Source of the DNA: an uncultured delta proteobacterium | Lineage (GTDB): Bacteria; Desulfobacterota; Binatia; UBA9968 | Assembly (NCBI GenBank): GCA_963816145.1 | Contig: CAWFJP010000004.1 | Location: forward strand, 96,001-160,000 | Direction of reading: 5' to 3' | Length of the DNA stretch: 64,000 nt | In this document: piece after piece, positions 29,755 through 42,485 of the stretch | Layout: each line of letters starts with the position of its first letter | Position numbering within the stretch: the first letter of the stretch is position 1 | Program-made: the position numbers and the translations under genes | The notes under the pieces: generated by a model | What the model was told of the DNA's origin: nothing | The model's database searches: none | What the model saw: the letters and a program-made list of their open reading frames with translations, nothing else

Positions 29755-30777
29755 ATGCCAGCTAAACCGATTATCGCCGTAACCATGGGCGATCCGTCAG
29801 GGATCGGACCGGAAATTATTCTCAAAGCGCTCAAAGACCCGATCATCAAGAAAGTCGCCAGGCCGCTAATCCTGGGCGACTGGGGCGTGCTGCAGCGGAC
29901 GCGGCTGAGTGGAAGAAGGCCAAGATTAATTTGTTGGCAGCCCGGCCAGCGCCTCTTGCCGATGCTCGACGACCCTAAGGCGTTCACGCTCTGTTCGTTG
30001 TCGGCGCTCAGCGCCAAAGATTCACGCCCCGGTGTCGCTGCCAAGGTCGCCGGCCATGGGACGTTCAGCTATATCCGGGTGGCTGCCAAGCTGGCGCTCT
30101 CGAAAGTCGCCGACGCCATCGCTACTGCGCCGCTCAGCAAAAATATTCTCATCGATGCCGGGTATAACTATCCCGGTCATACTGAATTGCTCGGCGAGCT
30201 TGGCGGCACGCCCGAGTGCCGTATGATGCTCATCGGCGATAAGTTGCGCGTTGTACCGGTGACCGGCCATATTCCGTTGGCCAAGGTGCCGCGCAGTCTC
30301 AATCGCGAAAATATTCAAAAAACTTTTGAATTAACCTATCAAAGCTTAAAAAAATCCTTCGGCATCGCCCGGCCACGTATCGCGGTGGCGGCGCTCAACC
30401 CACACGGCGGTGAAAAGGGTAACTTTGGCGCCGAGGAGATTGAAATCATCGCACCGGCGGTGAGGGCGGCGCGCAAGCGCGGCATTCCCGTGCATGGACC
30501 GTTCCCGGCCGATAGTTTGTTTCATCATGCCGCACGCGGCGATTACGACGCGGTGGTATGCATGTATCACGATCAAGGTTTGATTCCGCTGAAATTGCAC
30601 CATTTCTACGGCGGAGTGGCACTGACTCTGGGCCCGCCATTCATTCGCACATCGGTGGACCATGGCACCGCTTACGATATCGCCGGCAAGGACAAAGCGG
30701 ATGAGACCAGTATGAGGGAAGCGATTCTCCTGGCAGCTCGCCTAGCGCGGCAAAATTCCCGACTCAAGAAAAGATGA
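29755..30777 (+). CDS. pdxA: 4-hydroxythreonine-4-phosphate dehydrogenase
   Basis: TMGDPSGIGPE, GHTE, LNPHGGE, MYHDQG and RTSVDHGTAYDIAG motifs. Confidence 0.95.
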   Translation: MPAKPIIAVTMGDPSGIGPEIILKALKDPIIKKVARPLILGDWGVLQRTRLSGRRPRLICWQPGQRLLPMLDDPKAFTLCSLSALSAKDSRPGVAAKVAGHGTFSYIRVAAKLALSKVADAIATAPLSKNILIDAGYNYPGHTELLGELGGTPECRMMLIGDKLRVVPVTGHIPLAKVPRSLNRENIQKTFELTYQSLKKSFGIARPRIAVAALNPHGGEKGNFGAEEIEIIAPAVRAARKRGIPVHGPFPADSLFHHAARGDYDAVVCMYHDQGLIPLKLHHFYGGVALTLGPPFIRTSVDHGTAYDIAGKDKADETSMREAILLAARLARQNSRLKKR

Positions 30778-32129
30778 ATCCTGTCGTGTTTCGCGAATAC
30801 GACATTCGCGGTCTAGCCGAAATCGATTTTGACCAAGAGTTCGCGTTGCTGCTCGGCAAGGTGCATGGCACGGCCATCGCCGAGACGGGCGGAACGCGTG
30901 TGACCGTGGGACGCGACTGCCGGGCGACTTCGGATGCTTATGCCGAAGCGGTGATCGCCGGTTTTGTGTCGGCGGGCCTGCAGGTTTACGATGTCGGCGT
31001 GTGTCCGTCGCCGCTGCTCTATTTTTCGCTGTTTCATCTCGATGTCGACGGCGGTATTCAAATCACCGCTAGCCACAATCCGCCAGAGTACAACGGCTTT
31101 AAAATTTGTCGGGGCAAAGACACGCTCCACGGCGAGCAGATTCAAGAGATTCGCCGCATGATGGAGCGCGGTGAATTTCGCCAGCGCCCGGGCGGTACAG
31201 TAGAGCATTTTGAAATCGTTACGCCCTATCAGAAGCATCTATTAACCGACGTACCGAAGCTGGCACGCCCGTTAAAAGTCGTTGTCGATGCCGGCAGCGG
31301 TGTCGGTGGCCCGGTGGCGCCGCCGATTTTTCGCCAATTGGGCTGTCATGTGTGGGAGATCGCTTGCGTTCCCGACGGCAATTTTCCGTTCCATCATCCC
31401 GATCCGACGGTGCCGGAAAATTTGGCGATGTTGATCGCTAAAGTCAGAAAGGAAAAGGCCGATGTCGGTATCGCCTATGATGGCGACGCTGACCGCATTG
31501 GCGCGGTCGATGAGCAGGGTAATATTCTTTGGGGCGACGAGTTGCTGGTGCTCTTTGCCCGCGACATGCTCAAGCGTAATCCCGGCGCGCTGGTGATTTC
31601 CGAAATTAAATGCTCGCAACGGCTCTATGACGATATCGCCAGGCATGGCGGCAAGTCGGTCATGTGGAAAGCTGGCCATTCCTTGCTCAAGGCCAAGATG
31701 AAAGAGACCGGCGCGTTACTAGCTGGCGAAATGAGCGGCCATATGTTTTTCAAAGAGCGCTACTTTGGTTACGACGATGCGGTGTACGCGTCGCTGCGGC
31801 TGTTAGAGATCCTCGCCAATTCCGGCAAACCGCTTTCGGAGCTGCTCGCCGATCTGCCGAAAAGCGTCTCGACGCCGGAGCTGCGCGTCGATTGTCCCGA
31901 TGACAAGAAATTCATCATCGCCGACAAGGCGACGCAATACTTTCGCCAGCATTACGATGTCGTCGATGTCGACGGCGTGCGCGTGCAGTTTCCGCAGGGC
32001 TGGGGCCTGATCCGCGCTTCCAACACCCAACCGGCGTTGGTGCTTCGATTCGAAGCGCAGTCCGCCGCTAAGCTCAAAGAATACCGCGCGCTGATCGAGA
32101 ACAAACTCAAAGAGTTCGAGCTGCAGTAA
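30774..32129 (+). CDS. phosphomannomutase/phosphoglucomutase (AlgC-like)
   Basis: [20 protein letters not shown] and GEMSGH motifs. Confidence 0.93.
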   Translation: MNPVVFREYDIRGLAEIDFDQEFALLLGKVHGTAIAETGGTRVTVGRDCRATSDAYAEAVIAGFVSAGLQVYDVGVCPSPLLYFSLFHLDVDGGIQITASHNPPEYNGFKICRGKDTLHGEQIQEIRRMMERGEFRQRPGGTVEHFEIVTPYQKHLLTDVPKLARPLKVVVDAGSGVGGPVAPPIFRQLGCHVWEIACVPDGNFPFHHPDPTVPENLAMLIAKVRKEKADVGIAYDGDADRIGAVDEQGNILWGDELLVLFARDMLKRNPGALVISEIKCSQRLYDDIARHGGKSVMWKAGHSLLKAKMKETGALLAGEMSGHMFFKERYFGYDDAVYASLRLLEILANSGKPLSELLADLPKSVSTPELRVDCPDDKKFIIADKATQYFRQHYDVVDVDGVRVQFPQGWGLIRASNTQPALVLRFEAQSAAKLKEYRALIENKLKEFELQ

Positions 32130-32137
32130 CACTCGCG

Positions 32138-34666
32138 ATGGCGGGCCAAATCGTCATCCAGGGCGCGCGCGTCCACAATCTCAAGAACATCAACCTGGAG
32201 ATTCCGCGCGACCGGCTGGTCGTCATCACCGGTGTTTCCGGTTCCGGCAAGTCGTCTCTCGCCTTCGACACGCTCTACGCCGAAGGCCAGCGACGCTATC
32301 TCGAATCTCTCGGCGTCGACATGCGCCAGCTGCTCAGGCAATTGGCCAAGCCCGATGTCGACCGCATCGACGGGTTGTCGCCGGCCATCGCGATTCAGCA
32401 GAAAGCCGCCGCGTATAATCCGCGCTCCACCGTCGGCACACTCACGGATATTTACGATTTTCTGCGCCTCTTGTTCGCCCGCGTCGGGCAGCCGCACTGC
32501 GTCAAATGCGGCTGCGAGATTCAGGCACAATCGATTGAGCAAATCAGCGATCGAGTGATGGCGCTGCCGGCAGGATCGCGACTGCTCATCTTGGCGCCGG
32601 TGAAATTCTTCGAAGGCAGCGCAGGCAAGAGTTTAGGCGAGTTGGCACGCCAGGGATTTACGCGGGCCATGGTCGACGGAAGAACTTACGAACTGAGCGG
32701 GGAGATTCCTGACGCGTTGCATAACACGAATCAACTCGATCTCGTCATCGATCGGCTGGTGCTGCGCGACGGGATTGAAAAACGCTTGGCCGACTCTTTG
32801 GAAGTTGCCGCGCGCGCCGGACAACAAACGATAAAGATCGAGATTCTTGGCGATGGTGCCGCAGCGGCGCCGGAGCGGTTAGTATTCAGTCAAAGATTTG
32901 CCTGTGTTGACTGTGGTACAGCGCTTGGTGAAATCACCCCAAGTCTGTTCTCCTTCAACAGTCCGGATGGGGCATGTGTCGGCTGCAACGGCACCGGCAT
33001 GGAGATCAAACGCGGCAAGCGCGTCGCCGATCAGACAGATGCCACGCCATGTTCAGATTGTCGCGGCACCCGGTTGCGCAAGGAAAGTCTAGCCGTGCGT
33101 ATCGCCGGCCAAAATATCGCGTCGTTGTCGTCGGCTGCCATCTCAGAGAATTTGTTATTCTTCGATCAAGTCAAGTTGGCGCCGGAGCGGCGAATTGTCG
33201 GGCAAAGAATTATCGCTGAGATCGCCAGCCGGCTGGGTTGCCTGAGCGAGCTGGGACTGGATTATCTGTGTTTGCATCGGCCGACGATGACATTGTCCGG
33301 CGGTGAGCTGCAGCGGGTGCGGCTGGCGACCCAGATCGGTTCGAGTCTGGCGGGGGTGCTTTATATTCTCGACGAGCCAAGCATTGGGCTTCATCAGAAA
33401 GATAATGATCGGTTGATCGGCTTGCTGCGCCGGTTACGCGACAACGGGAACTCGGTGATCGTTGTCGAGCATGATCGCGAGACCATTGGCGCCGCTGATT
33501 TCGTCGTCGACATGGGGCCGGGAGCTGGCGTCAACGGCGGCGAAGTGGTCGCGCATGGCACGCCTGCCGAATTACAAAAAACTCGCCGCTCGCTTACCGG
33601 AATGTATCTGGCGGGCGAGCTGGAAATCGCTCGACCGCTACGGCGGCGCGTCGGCACCGAGAGGGTTTTGCAAATTACCGGCGCACGGCGGCATAATTTA
33701 AGAAATCTCACCGTCAGGTTTCCCATCGGCGCGATGAGCTGTGTTACCGGAGTATCGGGCGCGGGCAAGAGTACTTTGGCAATGGAGGTGCTCTATAACG
33801 CTGTCAGCCAACGGTTGCAAAGAGGGCGCGGCAAGGTCGTTGATTCCCAGCAAGTCTCCGGTTGGGAAAATTTCGACAGGGTCATCGCCATCGATCAATT
33901 GCCCATCGGCCGCACGGCGCGCTCCAATCCGGCGACATTTATGGGATTGCACGATCATTTGCGCGAGTTGTTCGCGCAAGTTCCCGAAGCGCGGGTGCGC
34001 GGCTTCAAGGCCGCAAGGTTTTCCTTCAACGCCAAGGGCGGCCGCTGCGAAGCTTGTCAGGGTGACGGCGTCACCCGTGTGGAGATGCATTTCCTGCCCG
34101 AAATGTATGTCACCTGCGAATCGTGCAAAGGCCGGCGCTACAATCGCGAGACCCTGGAGATTAAGTATAGAGGGCTAAGCATCGCCGATGTCTTGGATCT
34201 GACGGTCATGCAGGCGGCGGAACTGCTGAGTACCGTGCCGCCGATTCACGAGCGGCTGCGCACGCTGCGCGAGGTCGGCCTGGGCTATTTAGCCCTTGGG
34301 CAATCCGCTGCGACGCTCTCCGGCGGCGAAGCCCAACGACTCAAGTTAGCGCGCGAATTGGCACGCCGGTCGACGGGGCGATCGCTCTATCTCCTCGACG
34401 AGCCGACCACCGGTTTGCATTTCGACGACATCAAGCAACTTCTCGAGCTGCTCAACCGTCTAATCGATTTGGGCAATACCATGATTATCGTCGAGCATAA
34501 CCTCGAAGTGATTAAGTGCGCCGATTTCGTTGTTGACCTCGGTCCGGGGGGAGGAACGGCGGGCGGAGAAATTGTCGCTATGGGCAGCCCAGAGGACATT
34601 GCGGTGGCGCCAGCTTCGGCGACGGGCCGCTATCTGCGCGGAGTGCTAGCTCCTACAGACAAATAA
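32138..34666 (+). CDS. uvrA: excinuclease ABC subunit A (short variant)
   Basis: Two ABC modules ([16 protein letters not shown], two LSGGE), Zn-finger CxxC pairs; 842 aa. Confidence 0.92.
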   Translation: MAGQIVIQGARVHNLKNINLEIPRDRLVVITGVSGSGKSSLAFDTLYAEGQRRYLESLGVDMRQLLRQLAKPDVDRIDGLSPAIAIQQKAAAYNPRSTVGTLTDIYDFLRLLFARVGQPHCVKCGCEIQAQSIEQISDRVMALPAGSRLLILAPVKFFEGSAGKSLGELARQGFTRAMVDGRTYELSGEIPDALHNTNQLDLVIDRLVLRDGIEKRLADSLEVAARAGQQTIKIEILGDGAAAAPERLVFSQRFACVDCGTALGEITPSLFSFNSPDGACVGCNGTGMEIKRGKRVADQTDATPCSDCRGTRLRKESLAVRIAGQNIASLSSAAISENLLFFDQVKLAPERRIVGQRIIAEIASRLGCLSELGLDYLCLHRPTMTLSGGELQRVRLATQIGSSLAGVLYILDEPSIGLHQKDNDRLIGLLRRLRDNGNSVIVVEHDRETIGAADFVVDMGPGAGVNGGEVVAHGTPAELQKTRRSLTGMYLAGELEIARPLRRRVGTERVLQITGARRHNLRNLTVRFPIGAMSCVTGVSGAGKSTLAMEVLYNAVSQRLQRGRGKVVDSQQVSGWENFDRVIAIDQLPIGRTARSNPATFMGLHDHLRELFAQVPEARVRGFKAARFSFNAKGGRCEACQGDGVTRVEMHFLPEMYVTCESCKGRRYNRETLEIKYRGLSIADVLDLTVMQAAELLSTVPPIHERLRTLREVGLGYLALGQSAATLSGGEAQRLKLARELARRSTGRSLYLLDEPTTGLHFDDIKQLLELLNRLIDLGNTMIIVEHNLEVIKCADFVVDLGPGGGTAGGEIVAMGSPEDIAVAPASATGRYLRGVLAPTDK

Positions 34667-34706
34667 ATTCCAATAATTCGGTAACTTACTAAAGCGGCCC
34701 TGGCTA

Positions 34707-34735
34707 TTGACTCAAATCGAAGTCTTGGTTACTTT
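34707..34735 (+). promoter_or_regulatory. sigma70 promoter of the Fe-S operon
   Basis: TTGACT (34707-34712), 17-bp spacer, TACTTT (34730-34735). Confidence 0.65.
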
Positions 34736-34736
34736 G

Positions 34737-34761
34737 ATATCAGACTAATTAGGTCTGTAAT
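34737..34761. promoter_or_regulatory. Rrf2/IscR-like operator
   Basis: ATATCAGACTAATTAGGTCTGTAAT: dyad CAGAC-N7-GTCTG over the predicted +1, resembling IscR type-1 GAC-N7-GTC sites. Confidence 0.6.
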
Positions 34762-34779
34762 CCCAAGAGAATCGAATCG

Positions 34780-35994
34780 ATGGCTCTGCAAACGCCCATT
34801 TATCTGGATAATCACGCTACCACACCGGTGGACCCGCGGGTATTGGAAGCGATGCTGCCATATTTTACAGAGCGTTTTGGCAATGCGGCGAGCAAAAGCC
34901 ATGCTTTTGGCTGGGAAGCAGATGCCGCGGTGGATATTGCGCGGGAGCAGGTAGCCAAACTTATCGGCGCCGCCTCACCGCGCGAGATCGTATTTACCAG
35001 CGGCGCCACCGAGTCGGACAACCTGGCGATCAAAGGCGTCGCCGAGGCTTACCGCGACAAAGGCAACCACATCATTACCTGCGTTACCGAGCACAAGGCG
35101 GTGTTGGATAGCTGCAAGGTGTTGGCGAAGCATGGGTTCGAGGTCACCTATTTGCCGGTTACACCCGATGGACTCGTCGACATGCAGCGTTTGCACGGCG
35201 CCATCACCGACAAGACGATCTTGATCTCGATCATGGCGGCGAACAACGAAATCGGCACGATCCAGCCGATCAAAGAGATCGGTCGCTTGGCCAAAGCGAA
35301 AAATATTTTATTTCATAGCGACGCGACCCAAGGCGTCGGCAAGTTTCCGATCAACGTCGAGGACATGAGCATCGATCTATTGTCGCTGACGGCGCACAAG
35401 ATGTACGGTCCCAAGGGGATTGGTGCGCTTTACGTGCGTTCGACCAAGCCTCGGGTCAAGTTGATATCGCTCATCGACGGCGGCGGCCACGAGCATGGCA
35501 TGCGTTCGGGAACCTTGAATGTTCCGGGAATTGTCGGACTCGGCAAGGCCTGTGAACTGTCGCAAAAAGAGATGAGCGCCGAGGCCGAGCGATTGATCGC
35601 CCTGCGCGAGCGCTTGAAGGACGGTATCCTCAAACAGCTCGACGATGTGCAGATCAACGGCCACGCCGTGCAACGCTTGCCCGGTAACTTGAATGTGAGT
35701 TTCGCTTATATCGAGGGTGAATCGCTTTTAATGGGGCTCAAAGATATTGCCGTGTCCACTGGCTCCGCCTGCACCTCGGCGAGTCTGGAACCTTCGTACG
35801 TCTTGAAAGCGATCGGACTTGCCGATGAGCTGGCTTACAGCGCGATCCGTTTCGGCTTGGGCCGATTTACCAGTCAAGACGAGATCGACTACACGGTTAA
35901 GCGGGTAGTCGAAGAGGTGCGGCGGCTGCGCGAGATGTCGCCGGTTTACAAAGTTAAGAAGGTGAAGCAGCAGTTGGCGAGCGCGAAGCAATAG
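34780..35994 (+). CDS. iscS: cysteine desulfurase (group I)
   Basis: [23 protein letters not shown] and [15 protein letters not shown] motifs. Confidence 0.93.
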   Translation: MALQTPIYLDNHATTPVDPRVLEAMLPYFTERFGNAASKSHAFGWEADAAVDIAREQVAKLIGAASPREIVFTSGATESDNLAIKGVAEAYRDKGNHIITCVTEHKAVLDSCKVLAKHGFEVTYLPVTPDGLVDMQRLHGAITDKTILISIMAANNEIGTIQPIKEIGRLAKAKNILFHSDATQGVGKFPINVEDMSIDLLSLTAHKMYGPKGIGALYVRSTKPRVKLISLIDGGGHEHGMRSGTLNVPGIVGLGKACELSQKEMSAEAERLIALRERLKDGILKQLDDVQINGHAVQRLPGNLNVSFAYIEGESLLMGLKDIAVSTGSACTSASLEPSYVLKAIGLADELAYSAIRFGLGRFTSQDEIDYTVKRVVEEVRRLREMSPVYKVKKVKQQLASAKQ

Positions 35995-36037
35995 GGGATT
36001 GATCTCTAGCCATTGGCGTTTTGACAGGAGAAATATC

Positions 36038-36367
36038 ATGGCGATGGGCGTGAGTGTAACCGAACGGGCAGCGGCAAGAATCAAGGAGTTAGCGGCCACC
36101 GAGAACCGGCAGGGCCAGGGCCTCAGGGTAAAGGTCGTGGGTGGCGGCTGTTCGGGGCTGCAATACAAAGTCGACCTCGATGTGCCGAAGGGAACCGATA
36201 AAATTTTCGAGAAAGACGGCGCCAAGGTTTTGGTCGACATGAAAAGCCTGCTGTATTTGACCGGCACCGAGCTCGACTACAAGGACGAACTGATGCAGTC
36301 CGGTTTCGTCTTCCAGAATCCCAACGTCAAGAAGGCCTGCGGCTGTGGCGCGTCGTTTACCGTGTGA
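36038..36367 (+). CDS. iscA: A-type Fe-S carrier (IscA/SufA/HesB)
   Basis: GGGCSG and CGCGASF motifs; AGGAG RBS. Confidence 0.9.
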   Translation: MAMGVSVTERAAARIKELAATENRQGQGLRVKVVGGGCSGLQYKVDLDVPKGTDKIFEKDGAKVLVDMKSLLYLTGTELDYKDELMQSGFVFQNPNVKKACGCGASFTV

Positions 36368-36388
36368 AAGAATTGAGGACCAACGTTT

Positions 36389-37843
<1,455 letters not shown>

Positions 37844-37872
37844 TCGGTTCGTCTGATGCTTGTGTGAATCCC

Positions 37873-39078
37873 ATGGACGTTTACTTCGATAACAATGCTA
37901 CCACGCGGGTGCTGCCGGAAGTCGCCGAGGCGATGCTGCCGTTCTACAGCCAATATTATGGCAATCCGTCGAGCATCCACCGTTTCGGCAGCGACGTCGG
38001 CCAGAAGATCGAGCAAGCTCGTATCCAAGTGGCGGCGCTGCTCGGCGCCGTCGATCCGGTGGAAGTGATTTTTACCAGCTGCGGCACCGAGGGCGATAAC
38101 GCGGCGATTCGCGGCATGCTCGAAGCGCGGCCGGACAAACGTCATATTGTCACGACCAAAGTGGAACATTCCGCGGTGCTTGGACTGTGCCAGCATCTCG
38201 AGAAAAAGGGTTATCGGGTGACCTGGTTGAGCGTCGATCAAGACGGCGGCCTCGACATGGACGAGTTATCGGCGGCGCTATCCGATGATACCGCGTTAGT
38301 GTCGATCATGTGGGCAAACAACGAGACCGGGGTGATTTTCCCGATCGAAAAGATTGGCGCGATCACCCGTGCTAAAAGCATTCCACTGCATGTCGACGCG
38401 GTACAAGCCGCTGGTCGGATTCCCATTAACGTCAGTGCCCTCCCAGTGGAGTTACTGACCATCTCCGGCCATAAGTTCCATGCGCCTAAGGGCGTGGGTG
38501 CATTGTACGTACGCCGGGGCATTACTTTCCCGCCGTTTCTGATCGGCGGCCACCAAGAGCGCAATCGCCGCGCCGGCACGGAAAATGTCGCCGGCATCAT
38601 CGGCATGGGCCTTGCCGCCGAGATCGCGTTGGGTCGCATTCCGCAGGACAGTCTACATGTAACGAAACTGCGCGATCGCTTAGAAACACTGTTGCTTGGT
38701 TCTTGTCCGGAAAGTCGAGTCAATGGTCAAAACCAAGAGCGATTGCCGAATACGTCGAATATCAGCTTCCGTTATTTAGAAGGCGAGTCGATGCTCGTTC
38801 TATTGGACCAGCAGGGTATCTGCGCCTCGACCGGGTCGGCCTGCACGGCGGGCTCTGCCGAGCCTTCTCATGTTTTGCGGGCGATGAACGTGCAGGCCGA
38901 CTGGTTGCAGGGCGCGGTGCGCTTTAGCGTGAGCCGATTCAATACTGAGACAGAAGTTAATTACGTGAACGAAAAGGTGCCGGTAATCGTCCAACGCTTA
39001 CAAGGGCTTTCGGCTCTCGGGCGATTGGGCAGTCAACACCGGCCGCAGGACGAGCGTAGCGCTACCGGGGCGCGTTAG
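37873..39078 (+). CDS. second cysteine desulfurase (NifS-like, group I)
   Basis: YFDNNATT, GHKFHAPKGVG, RAGTEN and GSACTAGSAEPSHVL motifs. Confidence 0.9.
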   Translation: MDVYFDNNATTRVLPEVAEAMLPFYSQYYGNPSSIHRFGSDVGQKIEQARIQVAALLGAVDPVEVIFTSCGTEGDNAAIRGMLEARPDKRHIVTTKVEHSAVLGLCQHLEKKGYRVTWLSVDQDGGLDMDELSAALSDDTALVSIMWANNETGVIFPIEKIGAITRAKSIPLHVDAVQAAGRIPINVSALPVELLTISGHKFHAPKGVGALYVRRGITFPPFLIGGHQERNRRAGTENVAGIIGMGLAAEIALGRIPQDSLHVTKLRDRLETLLLGSCPESRVNGQNQERLPNTSNISFRYLEGESMLVLLDQQGICASTGSACTAGSAEPSHVLRAMNVQADWLQGAVRFSVSRFNTETEVNYVNEKVPVIVQRLQGLSALGRLGSQHRPQDERSATGAR

Positions 39079-39096
39079 CGGCGAAGGAGCTACACT

Positions 39097-39552
39097 ATGG
39101 GCCTCATGCAAATTCCGCGGCGGGTCGATTACGGGTTGCGCGCGGTGATTTATTTGTCGGGCCAAGACCCGGAGAAATGTTGCTCCATCGCCGAGATCGC
39201 CAAACAACAAGGTATGCCGCGCAAATTTTTGGAGAAGATCATTCAAGACTTGATTCGCGGCGGTCTCATCAAATCGAAACGCGGCTCTTGCGGCGGCTAT
39301 GCCCTGGCGCGGCCGGCGGAAGCGATTTCTTTCACCGATGTCATTGAAGCGATCGAAGGGCCGATCGCGGTCAATGCATGTATGGACGAGCACTTGGGTT
39401 GCGCGCAAATGCCCCGCTGCACGATGATCGGCGTTTGGAGCGAAGTGCAAAAGAAGATTAACGAAGTGCTCAGCGGGACGACGATTGCGGGCTTGAGACG
39501 TTCGCCCTGCCGGGAATCTATTGGCTCCTCTTCTCTTTCGAGTGCGGCGTAA
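39097..39552 (+). CDS. Rrf2 family regulator (IscR-like, three Cys)
   Basis: DYGLRAV, SKRGxxGGYAL and C-x6-C-x5-C. Confidence 0.88.
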   Translation: MGLMQIPRRVDYGLRAVIYLSGQDPEKCCSIAEIAKQQGMPRKFLEKIIQDLIRGGLIKSKRGSCGGYALARPAEAISFTDVIEAIEGPIAVNACMDEHLGCAQMPRCTMIGVWSEVQKKINEVLSGTTIAGLRRSPCRESIGSSSLSSAA

Positions 39553-39616
39553 TCGCGATGCGAGATTTCGCAATGCTACCTGGGTCTAGGCCGCACCTGA
39601 ACGGGAGGGGGTTTTT

Positions 39617-40075
39617 ATGGCTTACGAGACTGGACTGAGTATGGAAGAACGGGTGACTTCGCTATTTCAGCCGGATACGCTGCTGCCAGATCAATATCTC
39701 GATACGTTCCGGCGCAAGCTACACTTGGAACCGGAGAAAAAGCTGATGCTGGCGATACTGGAAGATGCCGTCGCTTGTTTCCAAAAATATCTGTTCGCTC
39801 GGGACAGCAAGGGCAAGACGCAATTTCGCGATACCGAGGATTGGGTTTTTCAAGGCACCGACTTGGGTATTTTTTCCTTCGATATTGTCTGCGAGACCCT
39901 AGGACTTGAGCCGAACTATGTACGCAGGGGCCTGGCGCATTGGAAAAAACAGCGGCTCGCGCAACAGACGCACGCCCAAGTCATTTCACTGCGGCCAGCG
40001 CGCGATAAGCCGCGCCGTGGCCCGGCACTTTCCGGCCGCTCCAAGCCAAGATTAAGCCGGGTGGTGGGCCGCTAA
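39617..40075 (+). CDS. hypothetical protein
   Basis: GGAGG RBS, 152-aa ORF; basic C-terminal tail. Confidence 0.7.
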   Translation: MAYETGLSMEERVTSLFQPDTLLPDQYLDTFRRKLHLEPEKKLMLAILEDAVACFQKYLFARDSKGKTQFRDTEDWVFQGTDLGIFSFDIVCETLGLEPNYVRRGLAHWKKQRLAQQTHAQVISLRPARDKPRRGPALSGRSKPRLSRVVGR

Positions 40076-40134
40076 GCGATTATTCAATTTCCCTGCGCAC
40101 TGACGGCAGTGGGATTATCCCAGTTCCATCGGTT

Positions 40135-41217
40135 TTGCATCAGCGCGAACTTGCAAAGCTGACCAAACGAATTCATAAATCATATATGACTAGGTTGAAG
40201 CGGCGGCGCGCGCCGGTGGGACAATTCTTTTACGACTTGCGCTATCGTATCGGTGAGTATTCGTTACGCGGTTTTATCGCCTGCTTGCCCTATGTGCCGT
40301 TCACGGTCGTCGAGCGATTTACCTACTCGGTGGCTTGGCTGACTTTCAAACTAATGGCGCAATACCGTCGACGCATGGAAGAAAACATCGCCTTGACCCT
40401 GGGCAAGGAAATCTCTAGTGAAGCGGAGCGCAAAGAGTTGGCTTGGCGCGCTTGGAAAAACTTCGCTCGCGGTGTGCTCGATACCACGGCGGTCATGCAT
40501 CATTCGAAAGAACGCATTATCGGCAGCGTTCGCCTTGTTGGCGAAGAGCACTTGCAAGAGGCGTTGGCCAAAGGCAAAGGTGTTCTTGCTTTGAGCGCCC
40601 ATCTCGGTAGCTTCACTTTGATCGGTGCGCGTTTGGCAGCGGCCGGCTATCCTTTCAGTGTGGTGGTGAAGCATCCGGCCGATGAACGGTTTGCTCGGCT
40701 CACCGATGACTACCGGGCGCAAATCGGCATCCACACGATCCCCGCCAAGCCTCGGCGCGAGGCGGTGCGCGGACTGCTCAAAGCACTGCGGGCAAATCGC
40801 ATCGTGCTGGTGATCGCCGACGAGTTCAAGTCCGGCGACGTCATGGTGGAGTTTTTCGGTATGAAACTGCCGGCACCGCGCGGTCCGGCGACTTTGGCGC
40901 TGCGCACCGGAGCGGTGACACTGCCGATGTTCGCCACACGTGAGCGCGATGATTCTGTACTGTTGACGGTGGGTGCGCCCATCGCCGTGGTGCAGCTTGA
41001 TGATCTCGAAGCCAGTGTGGAGGCGACCACGGCGGTCTACACGAGCCACCTCGAAGCGGCGATTCGTCGCTCTCCCGATCAATGGAATTGGCTGGGCTTG
41101 CCCAATCGCAATGGCAAAATGTCGCGCGCCGAAATGTCTCGTATCATAAGGGAGGCGCGAAAAGCTGCTGCCACACAGAGCGCTGATACACCAAGGAAAA
41201 CCGCCACGGGCGCTTAA
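40135..41217 (+). CDS. lipid A/lysophospholipid acyltransferase (LpxL-like family)
   Basis: GKGVLALSAHLG, VEFFG, GPATLALRTGA and PDQWNW motifs; start uncertain (alternative ATG 40186). Confidence 0.82.
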   Translation: MHQRELAKLTKRIHKSYMTRLKRRRAPVGQFFYDLRYRIGEYSLRGFIACLPYVPFTVVERFTYSVAWLTFKLMAQYRRRMEENIALTLGKEISSEAERKELAWRAWKNFARGVLDTTAVMHHSKERIIGSVRLVGEEHLQEALAKGKGVLALSAHLGSFTLIGARLAAAGYPFSVVVKHPADERFARLTDDYRAQIGIHTIPAKPRREAVRGLLKALRANRIVLVIADEFKSGDVMVEFFGMKLPAPRGPATLALRTGAVTLPMFATRERDDSVLLTVGAPIAVVQLDDLEASVEATTAVYTSHLEAAIRRSPDQWNWLGLPNRNGKMSRAEMSRIIREARKAAATQSADTPRKTATGA

Positions 41218-41225
41218 CCAAACGC

Positions 41226-41825
41226 TTATAGCTTCGAGTCGAATCCCGGATTGAGAATTCCCCTGTTCTCGGTGGCTTCCAAGTAGCGCATGAAGCGGTA
41301 TTTGTTCTCGATCTCGTCGAGCTGGAGTGGAGGCAGATTTTTAGGCTGCCCCGGGTCGACTTTTACGGCGATCAAGGTCAGTTCGTTGCGCTCCCAAGCG
41401 CGGTGAAACTGCCGGCGAAATTCTTCCAGGGAGTCGACCCAAAGGGCGTGCTTGTAGCCCGTCCCCTTGGCGATGATCACCGCATCGGTGCTGCGCGACG
41501 CGGTGGCGGTGCCGCCGGATGCCTCATAGATTTCATTGTCAAACAGCAAATGGATTAAATTTCCCGGGCTCTGCTGGGCGATGGTTGGCAAACCGCAGAG
41601 GTTCATCAGAAACGCCCCATCGCCATCAATGGCGATCACTTTGCGGTGCGGCAGGGCGATGGCTAAACCGGCAGCGATCGATGATACCAGACCCAGGGTG
41701 CGCGTCTTGAGATTGCCGTCGCTCGGGCGCACCGCCCACCATTCGCGCGAGCCCCAACCGGTGGACACGGCTAGCGCGTCCTGGGCATCGGTACTGATCG
41801 CTTTTAAATAGTCATAGCGTTGCAT
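41226..41825 (-). CDS. ThDP-dependent decarboxylase beta subunit (sulfopyruvate/phosphonopyruvate decarboxylase, ComE-like)
   Basis: DGDGAFLMN...DN ThDP-binding motif. Confidence 0.85.
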   Translation of the reverse strand: MQRYDYLKAISTDAQDALAVSTGWGSREWWAVRPSDGNLKTRTLGLVSSIAAGLAIALPHRKVIAIDGDGAFLMNLCGLPTIAQQSPGNLIHLLFDNEIYEASGGTATASRSTDAVIIAKGTGYKHALWVDSLEEFRRQFHRAWERNELTLIAVKVDPGQPKNLPPLQLDEIENKYRFMRYLEATENRGILNPGFDSKL

Positions 41826-42337
41826 TATTTGACTCCGAGTACGCGTTTGGTGAGGAGCACCGCCACCGGTTTTTTCGAATCGTCGGCGAGCACCTGCGCA
41901 CCCGCCAGGGTTTCATCGATCTCGTCCGGCTTGCGCAGGACATAGCTGCGAAATCCCATCGCCTGCAAAACCGGTTCGGTTACCGATCCAAGGGTGGTAA
42001 AACCGCGGTCGCCGATATCGCCAGCGTAATAGATCAGCATCAAGATCGGGATTTGCAGTTGCAAGGAAGTCGTCGTCAGAGCATTGCAGCTATTCAGGAA
42101 GCCGGCGTTCTGCATGATGATCGCGGTCTTCTTGCCGGCTAGATAAGCGCCGGCGCAAATCCCGATGCCTTCTTCCTCGCGGCATAGCGGCACGTGCTTT
42201 AACTGCTCGTCGCGTTCGACAGCACGAATCACTTCGAGCATTTTTTCGTCCGGCAGAGTGGCGACAAAGTCGATGCCGGCATTTTTCAAGCCGTTGACAA
42301 TGGCTTGGCCTGCGGTCACTGGATCGTTGGTTGTCAT
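41825..42337 (-). CDS. ThDP-dependent decarboxylase alpha subunit (ComD-like)
   Basis: REEEGIGICAGAYLAG and MQNAG motifs; overlaps the beta-subunit start. Confidence 0.85.
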   Translation of the reverse strand: MTTNDPVTAGQAIVNGLKNAGIDFVATLPDEKMLEVIRAVERDEQLKHVPLCREEEGIGICAGAYLAGKKTAIIMQNAGFLNSCNALTTTSLQLQIPILMLIYYAGDIGDRGFTTLGSVTEPVLQAMGFRSYVLRKPDEIDETLAGAQVLADDSKKPVAVLLTKRVLGVK

Positions 42338-42485
42338 TGTTTTCCTATCGCGGTGATACTGGCAATAACTTAGCTTATCGATTTGACTATCGCTACTGTG
42401 AATTCCATGATGATGTCAAGCGAGTTGCCGGGTACCCGACCCTTGACAGCAGAAGGACAAAGTCTGTAGTGATGGGTTATCAACG

